64,000 bases of DNA from the NCBI GenBank assembly GCA_043815185.1, contig JBDRJF010000026.1, forward strand, positions 773 to 64,772. The letters are read 5' to 3'. The notes beneath the pieces are model-generated. The model did no database searches and was not told where the DNA came from. It saw only the letters and a list, made by a program, of their open reading frames with translations. Origin of the DNA: Candidatus Omnitrophota bacterium (lineage in GTDB: Bacteria > Omnitrophota > Gorgyraeia > Duberdicusellales > 4484-171). Both the position numbers and the translations under genes were made by a program. Below, in pieces: positions 9,912 through 19,682 of this stretch (position 1 is the stretch's first letter; every line of letters starts with the position of its first letter).

Positions 9912-11186
9912 ATGCGAAGAACATTCTCGATTATTTCCTTAGGATGTTTTCGCAATACCTACGATTCAGAGATTCTTATTCCTCAATTCACCAATCAGGG
10001 CTATGTTTTTACTCCCCCGGCTTCTTTATTCATAAATAATAAGAAAAAAACTAATACTGTCGACTTGCTAATTGTAAATACCTGCGGTTTTATCGATAAT
10101 GCCAAAAAAGAGTCTTTAAAAGTAATAGCTGAAGCAGTAGATTTAAAGAAAAAAGCCAGGGTAAGGAAAATAATAGTTTTAGGGTGTTTAGTAAAAAGAT
10201 ACCAAAAGGAGCTGGAGAACTCATTTCCTTTGATCGATGAATGGCAGGGGTTGGTAGAGTTTGGCCGCGGGTTTACTAAAAGAGGCAAATTATCTTTTTC
10301 CTCTCAGAAGAGTTTTTTAAAGATATGCGAAGGGTGTTTGAATAGATGTAGTTTCTGTGCAATTCCCCTGATTAAGGGTTCCTTACGTAGTAAGTTTAGC
10401 CAGGAAATCATAAAAGAAGTAAGATATTTAGATAAACAAGGGGTAGCAGAATTAAATATCATTGGCCAAGATATTACCAGCTGGGGTAAGGACTTTAAAC
10501 CCAAGGGTGATTTAACTGAGCTTTTGAGGGAAGTTTTAAAGGTAACCAAAAACATAAGGTGGATAAGGTTAATTTATACTCACCCTAAGCATTTCACTAA
10601 TTCTTTGATTGAATTAATAGCCGGTGAAGAGCGGATTTGTAAATATATTGATTTGCCTATTCAGCATATAAATGATAGAATTTTAAAGTTGATGAACCGG
10701 GGAATTACCCGGAAGCAGACAATAGATTTAGTCCGCAGAATAAGAAAGGGCATTCCTGATTGTGTTATCAGAAGCTCAGTGATTGTCGGTTTTCCTACTG
10801 AGAGCGAGAAAGAGTTTAAAGAACTATTGGATTTCTTAAAGGATATTAAATTTGAGCGTTTAGGCGGATTCATCTATTCTCGGGAGGAAGGCACTCAGGC
10901 TTATAGGCTTTCGCCCCAGGTGCATCCGAATACAAAAAAGAGGCGCCTTAATCAGGTTATGGAGCAACAGCAAAAAATTGCCAATGAAGCGAATAAGAGA
11001 TTCCTTAATAAGAAGCTAAATGTTCTCATCGAAGCTAAAGATTCCGATGCAATCATAGCCAGGAGTCAATATGATGCTCCCGATGTTGACGGCGCGGTAT
11101 TCTTAAACAAAAAAGGCTTAAAGATCGGTGATTTCTATAGGGCAAAAATAATTGATTGTCTTGATTACGATCTTGTTGGTCAATAA
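9912..11186 (+). CDS. rimO: Ribosomal protein S12 methylthiotransferase RimO (MiaB family)
   Basis: UPF0004 N-domain (ISLGCFRNTYDSE), radical SAM CLNRCSFC motif, and a C-terminal TRAM-like domain. Confidence 0.85.
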   Translation: MRRTFSIISLGCFRNTYDSEILIPQFTNQGYVFTPPASLFINNKKKTNTVDLLIVNTCGFIDNAKKESLKVIAEAVDLKKKARVRKIIVLGCLVKRYQKELENSFPLIDEWQGLVEFGRGFTKRGKLSFSSQKSFLKICEGCLNRCSFCAIPLIKGSLRSKFSQEIIKEVRYLDKQGVAELNIIGQDITSWGKDFKPKGDLTELLREVLKVTKNIRWIRLIYTHPKHFTNSLIELIAGEERICKYIDLPIQHINDRILKLMNRGITRKQTIDLVRRIRKGIPDCVIRSSVIVGFPTESEKEFKELLDFLKDIKFERLGGFIYSREEGTQAYRLSPQVHPNTKKRRLNQVMEQQQKIANEANKRFLNKKLNVLIEAKDSDAIIARSQYDAPDVDGAVFLNKKGLKIGDFYRAKIIDCLDYDLVGQ

Positions 11187-11239
11187 AATAACGATATATC
11201 CAATCTCACCAGAGGTGAAGTGGCAACTGTAACTAAGAG

Positions 11240-11806
11240 ATGAATACGCCTAATAAACTTACCATTCTGCGCATAGTGCTTTCTTTTGTCTGCATCGGTT
11301 TCATACTCAAGAACAGCCTTTTTTCACTTATTGTTGCCTTTATCGTCTTTTGTCTGGCTTCGATAACCGATTTTTTGGACGGTTATTTAGCCCGGCGAAA
11401 AAATTTAATCTCGGATTTAGGCAAGATCTTAGATCCTATTGCCGATAAAATACTTATTATCGGAGTATTCTGCGCTTTTTTAGAATTAGGTATTATAAAT
11501 ACCTGGATGGTGAGTTTAATCATGTTTCGGGAATTTATTATTACCGGTTTAAGATTATACGGTTTAAATAAGGGGGTTACCCTGGAGGCAAGAAGGCTTG
11601 GCAAACATAAAACCCTATCGCAGGTTTTGGGAATATTTATTGTCCTTTTTACGCTTATTTTTAGGATGATTTTTCCGGCCAGTCCGGTTGCTACTTTTTT
11701 CTACGAAAAACTGATCCCGATTCTGATGTGGTACATTGTAGTCATTACCCTTTTTTCCGGTGCTTACTATTTCTGGGTAAACCGTCAAGCTATCAGAACA
11801 TTTTAA
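11240..11806 (+). CDS. pgsA: CDP-diacylglycerol--glycerol-3-phosphate 3-phosphatidyltransferase
   Basis: CDP-alcohol phosphatidyltransferase motif DFLDGYLARR...G..LDPIADK. Confidence 0.9.
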   Translation: MNTPNKLTILRIVLSFVCIGFILKNSLFSLIVAFIVFCLASITDFLDGYLARRKNLISDLGKILDPIADKILIIGVFCAFLELGIINTWMVSLIMFREFIITGLRLYGLNKGVTLEARRLGKHKTLSQVLGIFIVLFTLIFRMIFPASPVATFFYEKLIPILMWYIVVITLFSGAYYFWVNRQAIRTF

Positions 11807-11818
11807 ATTGTTGATAAA

Positions 11819-12286
11819 ATGATTAAGCCATTGTTTGATAAAATCAATTTAAGTATAGCGACGCTTTTTGGGGTGGGATTTACCCCCCTATGTCCGGGAA
11901 CAGCTTCCTGTATAGCGGCGGTTCTTGTTTTTCTTATCCTGGGAAATTCTATTTACTTTGTCATTTTCACCTTACTTTCTTTAATCCTTTCTTTTCCGGC
12001 TTCAGCCAGGGCTGAAGAAATATTCGGGGTGAAAGATTGTAAAAAAATAGTCATTGATGATTTTTCTGGTATGCTGATTACCTTACTTTTTATTCCCAAG
12101 CGAATAGAATTCATAATTTCTGCCTTTTTTCTTTTTCGAATGTTAGATATGCTTAAGATTCCCCCGGCTGACAGAATCGAACGCCTTAAGGGTGCAAAAG
12201 GAATCGTTGGTGATGATTTGGTGGCGGGAATTTATGCTAACCTAATCCTTCAGGTAGTCAGGTTACTGCTGAAGATTTCTTCATAA
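11819..12286 (+). CDS. pgpA: Phosphatidylglycerophosphatase A
   Basis: PgpA-like GVGFTPLCPGTASC and VIDDFSGM motifs. Adjacent to pgsA. Confidence 0.8.
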   Translation: MIKPLFDKINLSIATLFGVGFTPLCPGTASCIAAVLVFLILGNSIYFVIFTLLSLILSFPASARAEEIFGVKDCKKIVIDDFSGMLITLLFIPKRIEFIISAFFLFRMLDMLKIPPADRIERLKGAKGIVGDDLVAGIYANLILQVVRLLLKISS

Positions 12287-12798
12287 ATCGGACCTTCCCC
12301 GGTAAGGATGCTCTCATACAAGGTTATTCCTGCTACGGGAAAGGTTTCGCCTAATTTAATATGCTTAATTTTATTTTTTAGGCAATCAATATTCTTTAAA
12401 TCCTTTATCCGGGCTAAGGTTATATGAGATTTGAATCGGCCCTCCTTTTTAAAGCCCAAGATTTCCAGTTCTTCTTCTAGCTTTCTAGCTATATCCTCAA
12501 GAAGTCCTCTTTTACTTGCGTCAATAAAGAATATTCTTGGTTTTCTCTGGTTAGGAAAGAAGCCAAAGTTATCAAAACCAATGGTAAATGTTTTGAAACT
12601 GCCGGCTATCTTAGTAATCACTTGCTTGATTTCATCAATTTGACTCGTCTCTATATCTCCTAAAAACTTTAAGCTGAGATGAAGGTTTTTGGTTTTCACC
12701 CATCTAAAAGTTAGGCCACACTCTGCGAAGTCTTTCACTAATCTAGTTATTTTGTCTTTTAGGTATCCAGGCAGGTCAACAGCTATAAAAGCTCTCAT
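12250..12798 (-). CDS. thpR: RNA 2',3'-cyclic phosphodiesterase (2H family, ThpR/LigT)
   Basis: Two HxS/T motifs (HLSLKFLG and HITLAR) with typical spacing. Confidence 0.85.
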   Translation of the reverse strand: MRAFIAVDLPGYLKDKITRLVKDFAECGLTFRWVKTKNLHLSLKFLGDIETSQIDEIKQVITKIAGSFKTFTIGFDNFGFFPNQRKPRIFFIDASKRGLLEDIARKLEEELEILGFKKEGRFKSHITLARIKDLKNIDCLKNKIKHIKLGETFPVAGITLYESILTGEGPIYEEIFSSNLTT

Positions 12799-12819
12799 AA
12801 TTTAGTAGTTTAGCGGATA

Positions 12820-13296
12820 TTAAGCCTTGGGCAATATTGATTTATAAATTAGATTGATCAGGTGAGCGCTTGTTTTTTTTCTGATAGTATCGCGGCTTCC
12901 TTTAACCACTATTTTTTTGACTATTCGTCGATTCCTGCTGCTGAGAGCTATAAAAGTAGTACCGGCCTTTACCCCTTTTTTTGTTTGGGGGCCGGCAAAC
13001 CCTACTAAAGAGGCGCCAATATCAGTATTGAACTTTTTTCGTATTCCGGAAGCTAACTGTAAGGCTATTTTTTTTGATACTCCTTGGGTTTTTTCCCAGC
13101 CGGAGCCGGAAATTTTAAAAAACTTATTTTTACTCTCCAAAGAATAGGCGATGATTGCGCCTTTAAAGACCTTTGATGCGCCGGGAGTTTTAGTTAGCAG
13201 ATAGGAAGCATAGCCTCCGCTAGCCGATTCGGCTAAAGCAAGAGTTTTTTTGCTCTCAGCTAAAATAGTTATAATCTTTTTTAGTTTTTTAATCAT
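12820..13296 (-). CDS. pncC: Nicotinamide-nucleotide amidohydrolase (CinA C-terminal domain, PncC)
   Basis: LALAESASGGYASYLLTKTPGASKVFKGAIIAYS...GFAGP pattern of the CinA_C family. Confidence 0.8.
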   Translation of the reverse strand: MIKKLKKIITILAESKKTLALAESASGGYASYLLTKTPGASKVFKGAIIAYSLESKNKFFKISGSGWEKTQGVSKKIALQLASGIRKKFNTDIGASLVGFAGPQTKKGVKAGTTFIALSSRNRRIVKKIVVKGSRDTIRKKTSAHLINLIYKSILPKA

Positions 13297-15260
13297 AACA
13301 TGCCTGTTCCCGGGTCTTCTTCTACTATTATCTCCTGATATGTTTCGTTTGGCAACTCATAAAGGAACATTGAGGGGCGGGTAATAATTAGTCCATTTTT
13401 GAATGTATATTTTGTCTGGGGGTAAGTTATATGAAGGTTGGCTTTAGTCCGGGTTACAGCAACGTAAAATAATCTTCTTTCTTCTTCGAGGTTATTTTGG
13501 GAATCAAGGGCTTTGGGGTGCGGAAAACTATATTCACAGAAACCAATAATAAAAACTACCTCCCACTCCAATCCTTTAGCCTGATGGATGGTGGAGAGGA
13601 CCAGAGTATCTTCTTTTTCATAACCACTTAGTATGGTTTCACCTTTAAATTCTTCAAAGGAGCCTAGATCAAGGAGAAATTCCTTGGTAGTTGAGTAGCT
13701 AGAAGCCATCTTAGCCAGCTCTTCTAGATCAAGTATTCTTTCCTCGGAATTATCAAATGAAAGATGGCAATAATCTTGGTAAGTTTCGATTAGTCTTCTT
13801 AAACAGCTTTCAGGGTTCTTAAGCTTTTTCAAAGCCTCACAGATATCTGTAAATTCTTTGAATCCTTCACGTTGTCTCGACGGCAGGTTTTTCCTAACAT
13901 CAGCAACGCTTTTTTTCTGATTAATCAGTTTGTCCCAAATTCTATAAGCAAAGTTCCTCCCGATTCCTTTATGCAGACAAATTGCCCGTTTAAAAGATAG
14001 TTCATCCTGGGAGTTAACAATTATTTTTAGATAACTTAAGACATCTTTTATATGGGCCTGCTCAAAAAACCTTAAACCTCCCCGGACCAGATAAGGAATA
14101 TTCCTTTTCAATAGTTCCATTTCCAATTCTAAAGCCTGGAACCGTGAGCGGAAAAGAATTGCTATTTCCCTTAAAGGTATACCTTCCCGGTTTAGCTCTA
14201 ATATTCTTTGCCCGATAAACCGTGCTTGCTGATACACATCTTTGGTTTTTACAACAGAAGGGATCTCTCCGCCTTTCTTTATGGCTTCTAAGTCTTTAGG
14301 AAATTGATTTATGTTATGCCGTATAATTTCGTTAGCCAGTAAGAGTATTGGAGGGGGAGAGCGATAATTTATCTGGAGCTTAAATATTTTAGTTCCTTCA
14401 AAGGTTTTAGGGAAATCGAGAATATTATTTATATCGGCAGCTCGAAAAGAATATATTGATTGAGCATCATCACCAACTACAAGAATATTCTTATGATAAG
14501 AGGAGAGGATTTTTAGAATTTCAAACTGTAGCTTGTTTGTATCCTGGTATTCATCAACCAGTATGTAGCGAAAATTTTTGGCGTACTTCTCGCAAGTTTC
14601 TTTGTTTTTCAGGACCGATAACCAGTTAGTGAGAAGGTCAGTGAAATCCATAATATTGGCTTGATTCTTCTTTTTTTTGTATCTGGCGATAATTTGCCCT
14701 ATCTGTGGTGCATATTCTTGGATATGGGGATATCTGTCGGCTATAACTTCCTCAGGTGTTTCTTGGGAATTAGCCGCTAAGCAATAAATATTATAGATAA
14801 GTCCTTTTTTAGGGAACATTTTCTCACGTTTATAAAGGCCTAAATCTTCAAGGCAATCTTCAATTAAATCTTTGGCATCTTCTTTATCAGCTATGGTGAA
14901 ATTAGGAGTATAGTTTAAGATTTGTGCTTCTTTTCTTAGAGTGACATTACCCACATGGTGAAATGTTCCGGCCCAAAGATTCTTAAGTGATGACTTAAGA
15001 AGGATTTCTGACCGGTTAGTCATTTCATTAGCTGCCTTATTAGTAAAGGTTACCAGGAGAATATTCTGGGGCGGAATTCCTTTCTCAAGGAGATAAGCTA
15101 AACGATAGATTAAAACTCTGGTTTTGCCGCTTCCGGCTCCAGCTAAAACTAAAGAGGGCCCCTCAGCTTCTTTAACTACCCTTAACTGTTGATGATTTAA
15201 GTTTTTCTGGTAATCAACAGCCGTTCCTTCATAGTTAGTCTTTAATTTATAACTTTTCAC
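13293..15260 (-). CDS. pcrA: ATP-dependent DNA helicase, UvrD/PcrA family
   Basis: SF1 motifs GAGSGKT, VDEYQDTN, VGDDAQSIYSFR, TIHQAKGLEW and YVAVTR. Confidence 0.9.
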   Translation of the reverse strand: MKSYKLKTNYEGTAVDYQKNLNHQQLRVVKEAEGPSLVLAGAGSGKTRVLIYRLAYLLEKGIPPQNILLVTFTNKAANEMTNRSEILLKSSLKNLWAGTFHHVGNVTLRKEAQILNYTPNFTIADKEDAKDLIEDCLEDLGLYKREKMFPKKGLIYNIYCLAANSQETPEEVIADRYPHIQEYAPQIGQIIARYKKKKNQANIMDFTDLLTNWLSVLKNKETCEKYAKNFRYILVDEYQDTNKLQFEILKILSSYHKNILVVGDDAQSIYSFRAADINNILDFPKTFEGTKIFKLQINYRSPPPILLLANEIIRHNINQFPKDLEAIKKGGEIPSVVKTKDVYQQARFIGQRILELNREGIPLREIAILFRSRFQALELEMELLKRNIPYLVRGGLRFFEQAHIKDVLSYLKIIVNSQDELSFKRAICLHKGIGRNFAYRIWDKLINQKKSVADVRKNLPSRQREGFKEFTDICEALKKLKNPESCLRRLIETYQDYCHLSFDNSEERILDLEELAKMASSYSTTKEFLLDLGSFEEFKGETILSGYEKEDTLVLSTIHQAKGLEWEVVFIIGFCEYSFPHPKALDSQNNLEEERRLFYVAVTRTKANLHITYPQTKYTFKNGLIITRPSMFLYELPNETYQEIIVEEDPGTGML

Positions 15261-15327
15261 AGCAATTATCTTACCACAAAAGGTTAATTTTGGGTTAGAG
15301 AAATTATTTCTTAAGGGGAACAGAGCA

Positions 15328-15356
15328 TTGACAGGGGAAATCCAAAATGGTAGAAT
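15328..15356 (+). promoter_or_regulatory. Sigma-70-like promoter (TTGACA-17-TAGAAT)
   Basis: Consensus -35 with a 17-nt spacer, about 50 nt upstream of the ACT-domain gene, which has the RBS AAGGAGG. Confidence 0.45.
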
Positions 15357-15405
15357 TTTTCCACTTGTTAATTACCTATATTTTCGTTAAATAAGGAGGT
15401 GGCCG

Positions 15406-15801
15406 ATGAAGGCAGTAAAGGGAGGAGAGATTCTTTTCATTGGAGAAGACAAAGTAGGTTTGTTAGAAGATGTAACCAGTGCAATTAAGAATAGTGGGGT
15501 TAACATCAGATCAATAGCTGCCTGGGCCGATAGCGGTAAGGCATTTTTTAAATTAATAACTTCTGATAACGTAAAAGTAAAAGAAATACTCTTGAGTAAG
15601 GGAACTGTGGACGAGAAAGAAGTAATAATTGTTGAGATAACTGATAAGATAGGGCAACTTCATTCTCTTGCTTCTAAGCTAAAAGATAATAATATTAACC
15701 TTTGCGCCATACATGGGGCGACCTATGAACCAGGCAAGTCAGCGATTATTGTTTTTTCTTCCGACAACAACGACAAAGCTTTGAAGATAATTTCTGTTTA
15801 A
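15406..15801 (+). CDS. ACT domain-containing protein
   Basis: Two short ACT-like repeats (GLLEDVTSAIKNSGVNIRS and GQLHSLASKLKDNNINL). Confidence 0.6.
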   Translation: MKAVKGGEILFIGEDKVGLLEDVTSAIKNSGVNIRSIAAWADSGKAFFKLITSDNVKVKEILLSKGTVDEKEVIIVEITDKIGQLHSLASKLKDNNINLCAIHGATYEPGKSAIIVFSSDNNDKALKIISV

Positions 15802-15847
15802 AGGCCAATTCAGCCAAGTCTGTCTCAGGCAAAATAAGTTTCATTAA

Positions 15848-17059
15848 ATGCAGATACAATTTCCTTCTTCTTTTTTGTGGGGAGCCGCTCTTTCCAGTTA
15901 CCAGTGTGAAGGAGAGAACTTTAATTGTGACTGGTATCTTTGGGAGAAAGAAAAGGGCTTAAAAGCCGCGGGGTCTGCTTGTAACCACTATCGCCTTTTT
16001 GAGAAAGATTTTAAACTCGCCAGCAGCTTTAATCTAAATAGTTTAAGAATATCTCTGGAGTGGTCCAGAATCCACCTCGATGCTTCTTGTTTTTCACAGC
16101 AGGAGCTTGCACATTACAGAGAAGTAGTGGATACTTTGATTAAGCATAAGTTAAAGCCAATAGTTACTCTTCATCACTTCACCAATCCGCTTTGGTTTGT
16201 TAAGAAGGGTGGTTGGTCTGAAGCCAAAAATGTTGATTATTTCTTAAATTTTTTAATCAAGGCAGTAGAAACTTTAAAAGAAAAGGTAGAGTTTTGGGTT
16301 ATCTTTAACGAGCCTCTGGTTTATATATATAATAGCTTTATCCAGGGTATTTGGCCGCCAGGAGAGAAGTCGTTTAAGCAGGCTAAGCGAGTCTTGAATA
16401 ATATTATAGCCGCTTACCTCACTGGTTATCAGGAACTAAAGAGAATATATCAGGGAAGTGCGCTTTCAGCGCAAGTCTCCATAGCTAAAAGTTTAAGAGT
16501 ATTTTTTCCTTGCCCGGGCCTTAACTTATGGTTAAACTCTTTAAGTGCCAGTTTGCGCAGCCGTTACTTTAATTTTTGGCTTCTTGACTACTTGACTAAG
16601 AGAAATGCTTTAGACTTTCTCGGTATAAATTACTACTGTCGTGAGTTCTCTCAGTTTAAAGGTTTATTCGGCAGAGAATCAGATTATAAACCGAAGAAGG
16701 GAAGAAGAAACTATCTTGGCTGGAATATTTATCCTCAAGGGTTTTACCGGTTGCTTAAAAAAATAGCCAGGTATAATTTGCCGATAATAATTACCGAAAA
16801 CGGAACCGCTGAATATGAAAATTCCCTTTATGAAGATTTTCTGATTGGACACTTGAGGAATTTAGCGGCAGCAATAAATGAAGGGGTAGATATAAGAGGT
16901 TATCTTTGGTGGTCTCTAATCGATAATTTCGAGTGGGATAAGGGGTTTGGTCCCTGTTTCGGTTTAGCCGAAGTTGACCATAAGACTTTTAAGCGGAGCC
17001 CCAAGCCTTTTTCCGCCACTTACAGTAAGATAATTAAAGAAAATAGATTGGAAATTTAG
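15848..17059 (+). CDS. Glycoside hydrolase family 1 (beta-glucosidase-like)
   Basis: FLWGAALSSYQCEG, acid/base IFNEP and nucleophile ITENG motifs. At 403 aa it is short for GH1. Confidence 0.85.
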   Translation: MQIQFPSSFLWGAALSSYQCEGENFNCDWYLWEKEKGLKAAGSACNHYRLFEKDFKLASSFNLNSLRISLEWSRIHLDASCFSQQELAHYREVVDTLIKHKLKPIVTLHHFTNPLWFVKKGGWSEAKNVDYFLNFLIKAVETLKEKVEFWVIFNEPLVYIYNSFIQGIWPPGEKSFKQAKRVLNNIIAAYLTGYQELKRIYQGSALSAQVSIAKSLRVFFPCPGLNLWLNSLSASLRSRYFNFWLLDYLTKRNALDFLGINYYCREFSQFKGLFGRESDYKPKKGRRNYLGWNIYPQGFYRLLKKIARYNLPIIITENGTAEYENSLYEDFLIGHLRNLAAAINEGVDIRGYLWWSLIDNFEWDKGFGPCFGLAEVDHKTFKRSPKPFSATYSKIIKENRLEI

Positions 17060-17063
17060 TTTT

Positions 17064-18938
17064 ATGAGCGATAAGGAGATAAGATTAATTATTAGTAACA
17101 GCCCGCCATTTAATGCTTTAAGCAAGCATCAGATTGGTAAATTAATTAGCATTTCTGAGGTCAAAGAATACAGAAACGACCAGGTAATTTATAACGAAAA
17201 CGACCTTCCAGGCTATCTCTACTTTCTTATTAAGGGAAGAATTGCAGTTTTAACTCAATCCGGATCAAAAAGTTGTAAGATAGAGATCTTAAAGCGCGGC
17301 ACTTGTTTTGGAATAATTTCCTTGCTAACTGACGCCCCGCACTCCGTAACTACAAAATCAATCGAAACTTCTCTCATTTTGCAGATAAAGAATAAAGCCC
17401 TTAAAGAATTTTTAAAGATGAATCCCTATCTTTCCTTGGATTTCGCACGTATCCTTTCTCAAAGAGTTAAGTCCCGATTTAAGCCTAAGACGATATTTCA
17501 ATCCAAAAAAATAGGAATCATGGGTAGTCCTTTAGCTGGTAAGACTCGCTACATGTTTGATTTAGGGGTAAAATTAAAGGAACAGACTAAAAAAGATGTT
17601 ATCTGTATCCAGATTATTCCTCCCGGGGTTGAAATTGGTTATTCTGTTCCTGAGGTTTCGCTCCGGAATAAGCGGAATAATATTTTATCCTTAAGGAGTT
17701 TCAGCGAAAACTCTCTGGAGAAGTATATTATAAAAAACAAAGTCGATTATCTTTATATCAGGGCTGATATCGGAGATAATTTTCTTCCGCTTTTAAACTT
17801 TCTTTCCGAAAGTTATCACTTTATTCTTTATGAGATTCCGCATAAATTTCTGGAAAAACACTTTGACGACTTTATCATATCTGCCCATCAAATACACTTC
17901 ATTCTTTTTCCTCAAAAAGGGGAGTTGAGGAAGGGTGCATCCCTGCTAAAGGAACTAACAGCCCATAATCCTTTGAATCAGGAAAAGATCAAAGTTATTA
18001 TTACTGAAAGCTTTAATCAGGAAGGTTTACTACTTGAGAAGAAGCAAAAGTTGATCAATCACCCTATTTATGCTACTCTGCCTTCTGTTAATGATCAGCA
18101 ATATATTAAGACTTTGCGGAGAATATCCCGTGAAATTGGAGAAGTTACCTTAGGTATAGCCTTAGGTAGCGGAGCTGCCTATGGCTTTTCGCATATCGGC
18201 GTACTAAAAGTTTTAGTACAAAATAATATAGCTATAGATGTTATTTGTGGCTCCAGTATCGGAGCAATAATTGCTGCTTTTTGGGCGGCTGGTTTTAGTA
18301 TTGATGATATCGAAAAACTTTCCAATGAATTCGGGAAAAAGATTAGCAAATTCTCGTTGATTAGTTTTTCTTTCCCTTTTAGAGGCATCCTGAGAGCCAA
18401 GAGGCTTGAGAGTATATTTAGGAGTATTTTTAAGGACATGACATTCTATGATTTAAAACACAACCTTAAAATAGTTGCCTTTGACTTTCTTAAGCGAAAA
18501 TCGATAATTTTAGACAAAGGGCTTCTTTATAAAGCTGTAGCAGCTAGCTGTGCTTTTCCCGGTATTTTTGAACCGGTGAATTTCAAGAAGGATATTCTTT
18601 TAGATGGAGGAATCTTAAATCCCTTGCCGACAAAGGTGCTTTTAAATTATAATGCTCATAAGATAATTGCTTCTAATATATCTCTTTCTCCCGAGCAGGC
18701 CCTGAGAATAAATCGCACCCGTCGCCGTTTTAATATTTTTGATTTTATTTTCGGAAGTATTGAGACCATGCAGCAGCAATTTGTCGAACAGGCAGCAAAG
18801 ATTGCTGATATAGTTATTCATACCAACCTCGAAGGATTAGGGTGGATGGAATTTAAAAAGATATCTGAATTTATTAAAAGAGGAGAGCTCGCTGCTAGAG
18901 CGAAACTGGAAGAGATAAAAAAACTGGTTTCTTTTTAA
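17064..18938 (+). CDS. NTE-like protein: cyclic-nucleotide-binding domain + P-loop-like middle region + patatin phospholipase domain
   Basis: cNMP-binding fold (RGTCFGIISLL). GSPLAGKT Walker-A-like motif. Patatin motifs LGSGAAYG, GSSIG (GxSxG) and DGG. Confidence 0.85.
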   Translation: MSDKEIRLIISNSPPFNALSKHQIGKLISISEVKEYRNDQVIYNENDLPGYLYFLIKGRIAVLTQSGSKSCKIEILKRGTCFGIISLLTDAPHSVTTKSIETSLILQIKNKALKEFLKMNPYLSLDFARILSQRVKSRFKPKTIFQSKKIGIMGSPLAGKTRYMFDLGVKLKEQTKKDVICIQIIPPGVEIGYSVPEVSLRNKRNNILSLRSFSENSLEKYIIKNKVDYLYIRADIGDNFLPLLNFLSESYHFILYEIPHKFLEKHFDDFIISAHQIHFILFPQKGELRKGASLLKELTAHNPLNQEKIKVIITESFNQEGLLLEKKQKLINHPIYATLPSVNDQQYIKTLRRISREIGEVTLGIALGSGAAYGFSHIGVLKVLVQNNIAIDVICGSSIGAIIAAFWAAGFSIDDIEKLSNEFGKKISKFSLISFSFPFRGILRAKRLESIFRSIFKDMTFYDLKHNLKIVAFDFLKRKSIILDKGLLYKAVAASCAFPGIFEPVNFKKDILLDGGILNPLPTKVLLNYNAHKIIASNISLSPEQALRINRTRRRFNIFDFIFGSIETMQQQFVEQAAKIADIVIHTNLEGLGWMEFKKISEFIKRGELAARAKLEEIKKLVSF

Positions 18939-18956
18939 GATTAACTTAAGGCGAAG

Positions 18957-19682
18957 ATGAAGAGATTTAATTTTGCTTCTATTATTGGAGGGGTTATAGT
19001 TTTCACAATAACTGCAGTGAACGCGGGTTATGTTTCTGGAGAAAACATTGGCCCAAGGTTCAAAGATCAGGATAAACTCGTTTATGAGGTTAATTTTAAC
19101 GGAATTCCTTCTGGGCATATCGAATGGGAGTATTTAGGGCAAGAAGATATTAACGGGGTCACTGCTGATATTCTTTTACTGAATTCAGATACAAAAATCC
19201 TTAAGCTTCTAAGTTTAGCCGGGAAAGAAAAAGTTTTCCTTGATAGCAGAACCGGCCTTCCTCTAAGAGTAGAGAGGGATATCGTCTTCTTTGGACGAAA
19301 AGAGCGAATTTCCGAAACTTACAACCAGGATGTGGGGTATATTAGGATAAATAAAAGTAATTCCCAAAATAGAGAAAGGGTCATTTATCAAGACAAGCCA
19401 ATCCATAATATCTTAGAACTTCTCTATTTTTTTCCCCAAGACCTGGCGCTGACGCCAGGTAAATGGATGAGTTTTAATCTTCCCACTCAAAAGATAAAAA
19501 TAAAGATGGTAAGGGAGCGGGTTTTAAAGGCCGACGGTAAAAACCGGGATACTTACTTTCTGGTTGGAAAAGGCGCAAGAAGATTTAATCTCTGGTTAGA
19601 TAAAGCGAAAAAAATCCCTTTGCGTTTAGAATTCATTTCATTAGCCGGTAAAGTTACTATTTTAAGGAGCGGGGAGTTATAA
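18957..19682 (+). CDS. Hypothetical secreted protein (possibly DUF3108-like)
   Basis: N-terminal hydrophobic signal-like segment and a beta-rich body. No motif I can name with certainty. Confidence 0.4.
   Translation: MKRFNFASIIGGVIVFTITAVNAGYVSGENIGPRFKDQDKLVYEVNFNGIPSGHIEWEYLGQEDINGVTADILLLNSDTKILKLLSLAGKEKVFLDSRTGLPLRVERDIVFFGRKERISETYNQDVGYIRINKSNSQNRERVIYQDKPIHNILELLYFFPQDLALTPGKWMSFNLPTQKIKIKMVRERVLKADGKNRDTYFLVGKGARRFNLWLDKAKKIPLRLEFISLAGKVTILRSGEL

Noticed and set aside
9331-9924. 197-aa minus-strand ORF
   Set aside because: It is antisense to the RodZ-like gene, which sits in an overlapping plus-strand gene chain (ftsK-rodZ-rimO). It has no motifs.
17064-18938. Patatin protein as a CBASS-type (CapV-like) defence effector
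   Set aside because: No CD-NTase/cyclase or other CBASS genes are adjacent. The covalently linked cNMP-binding domain matches the NTE-family architecture instead.
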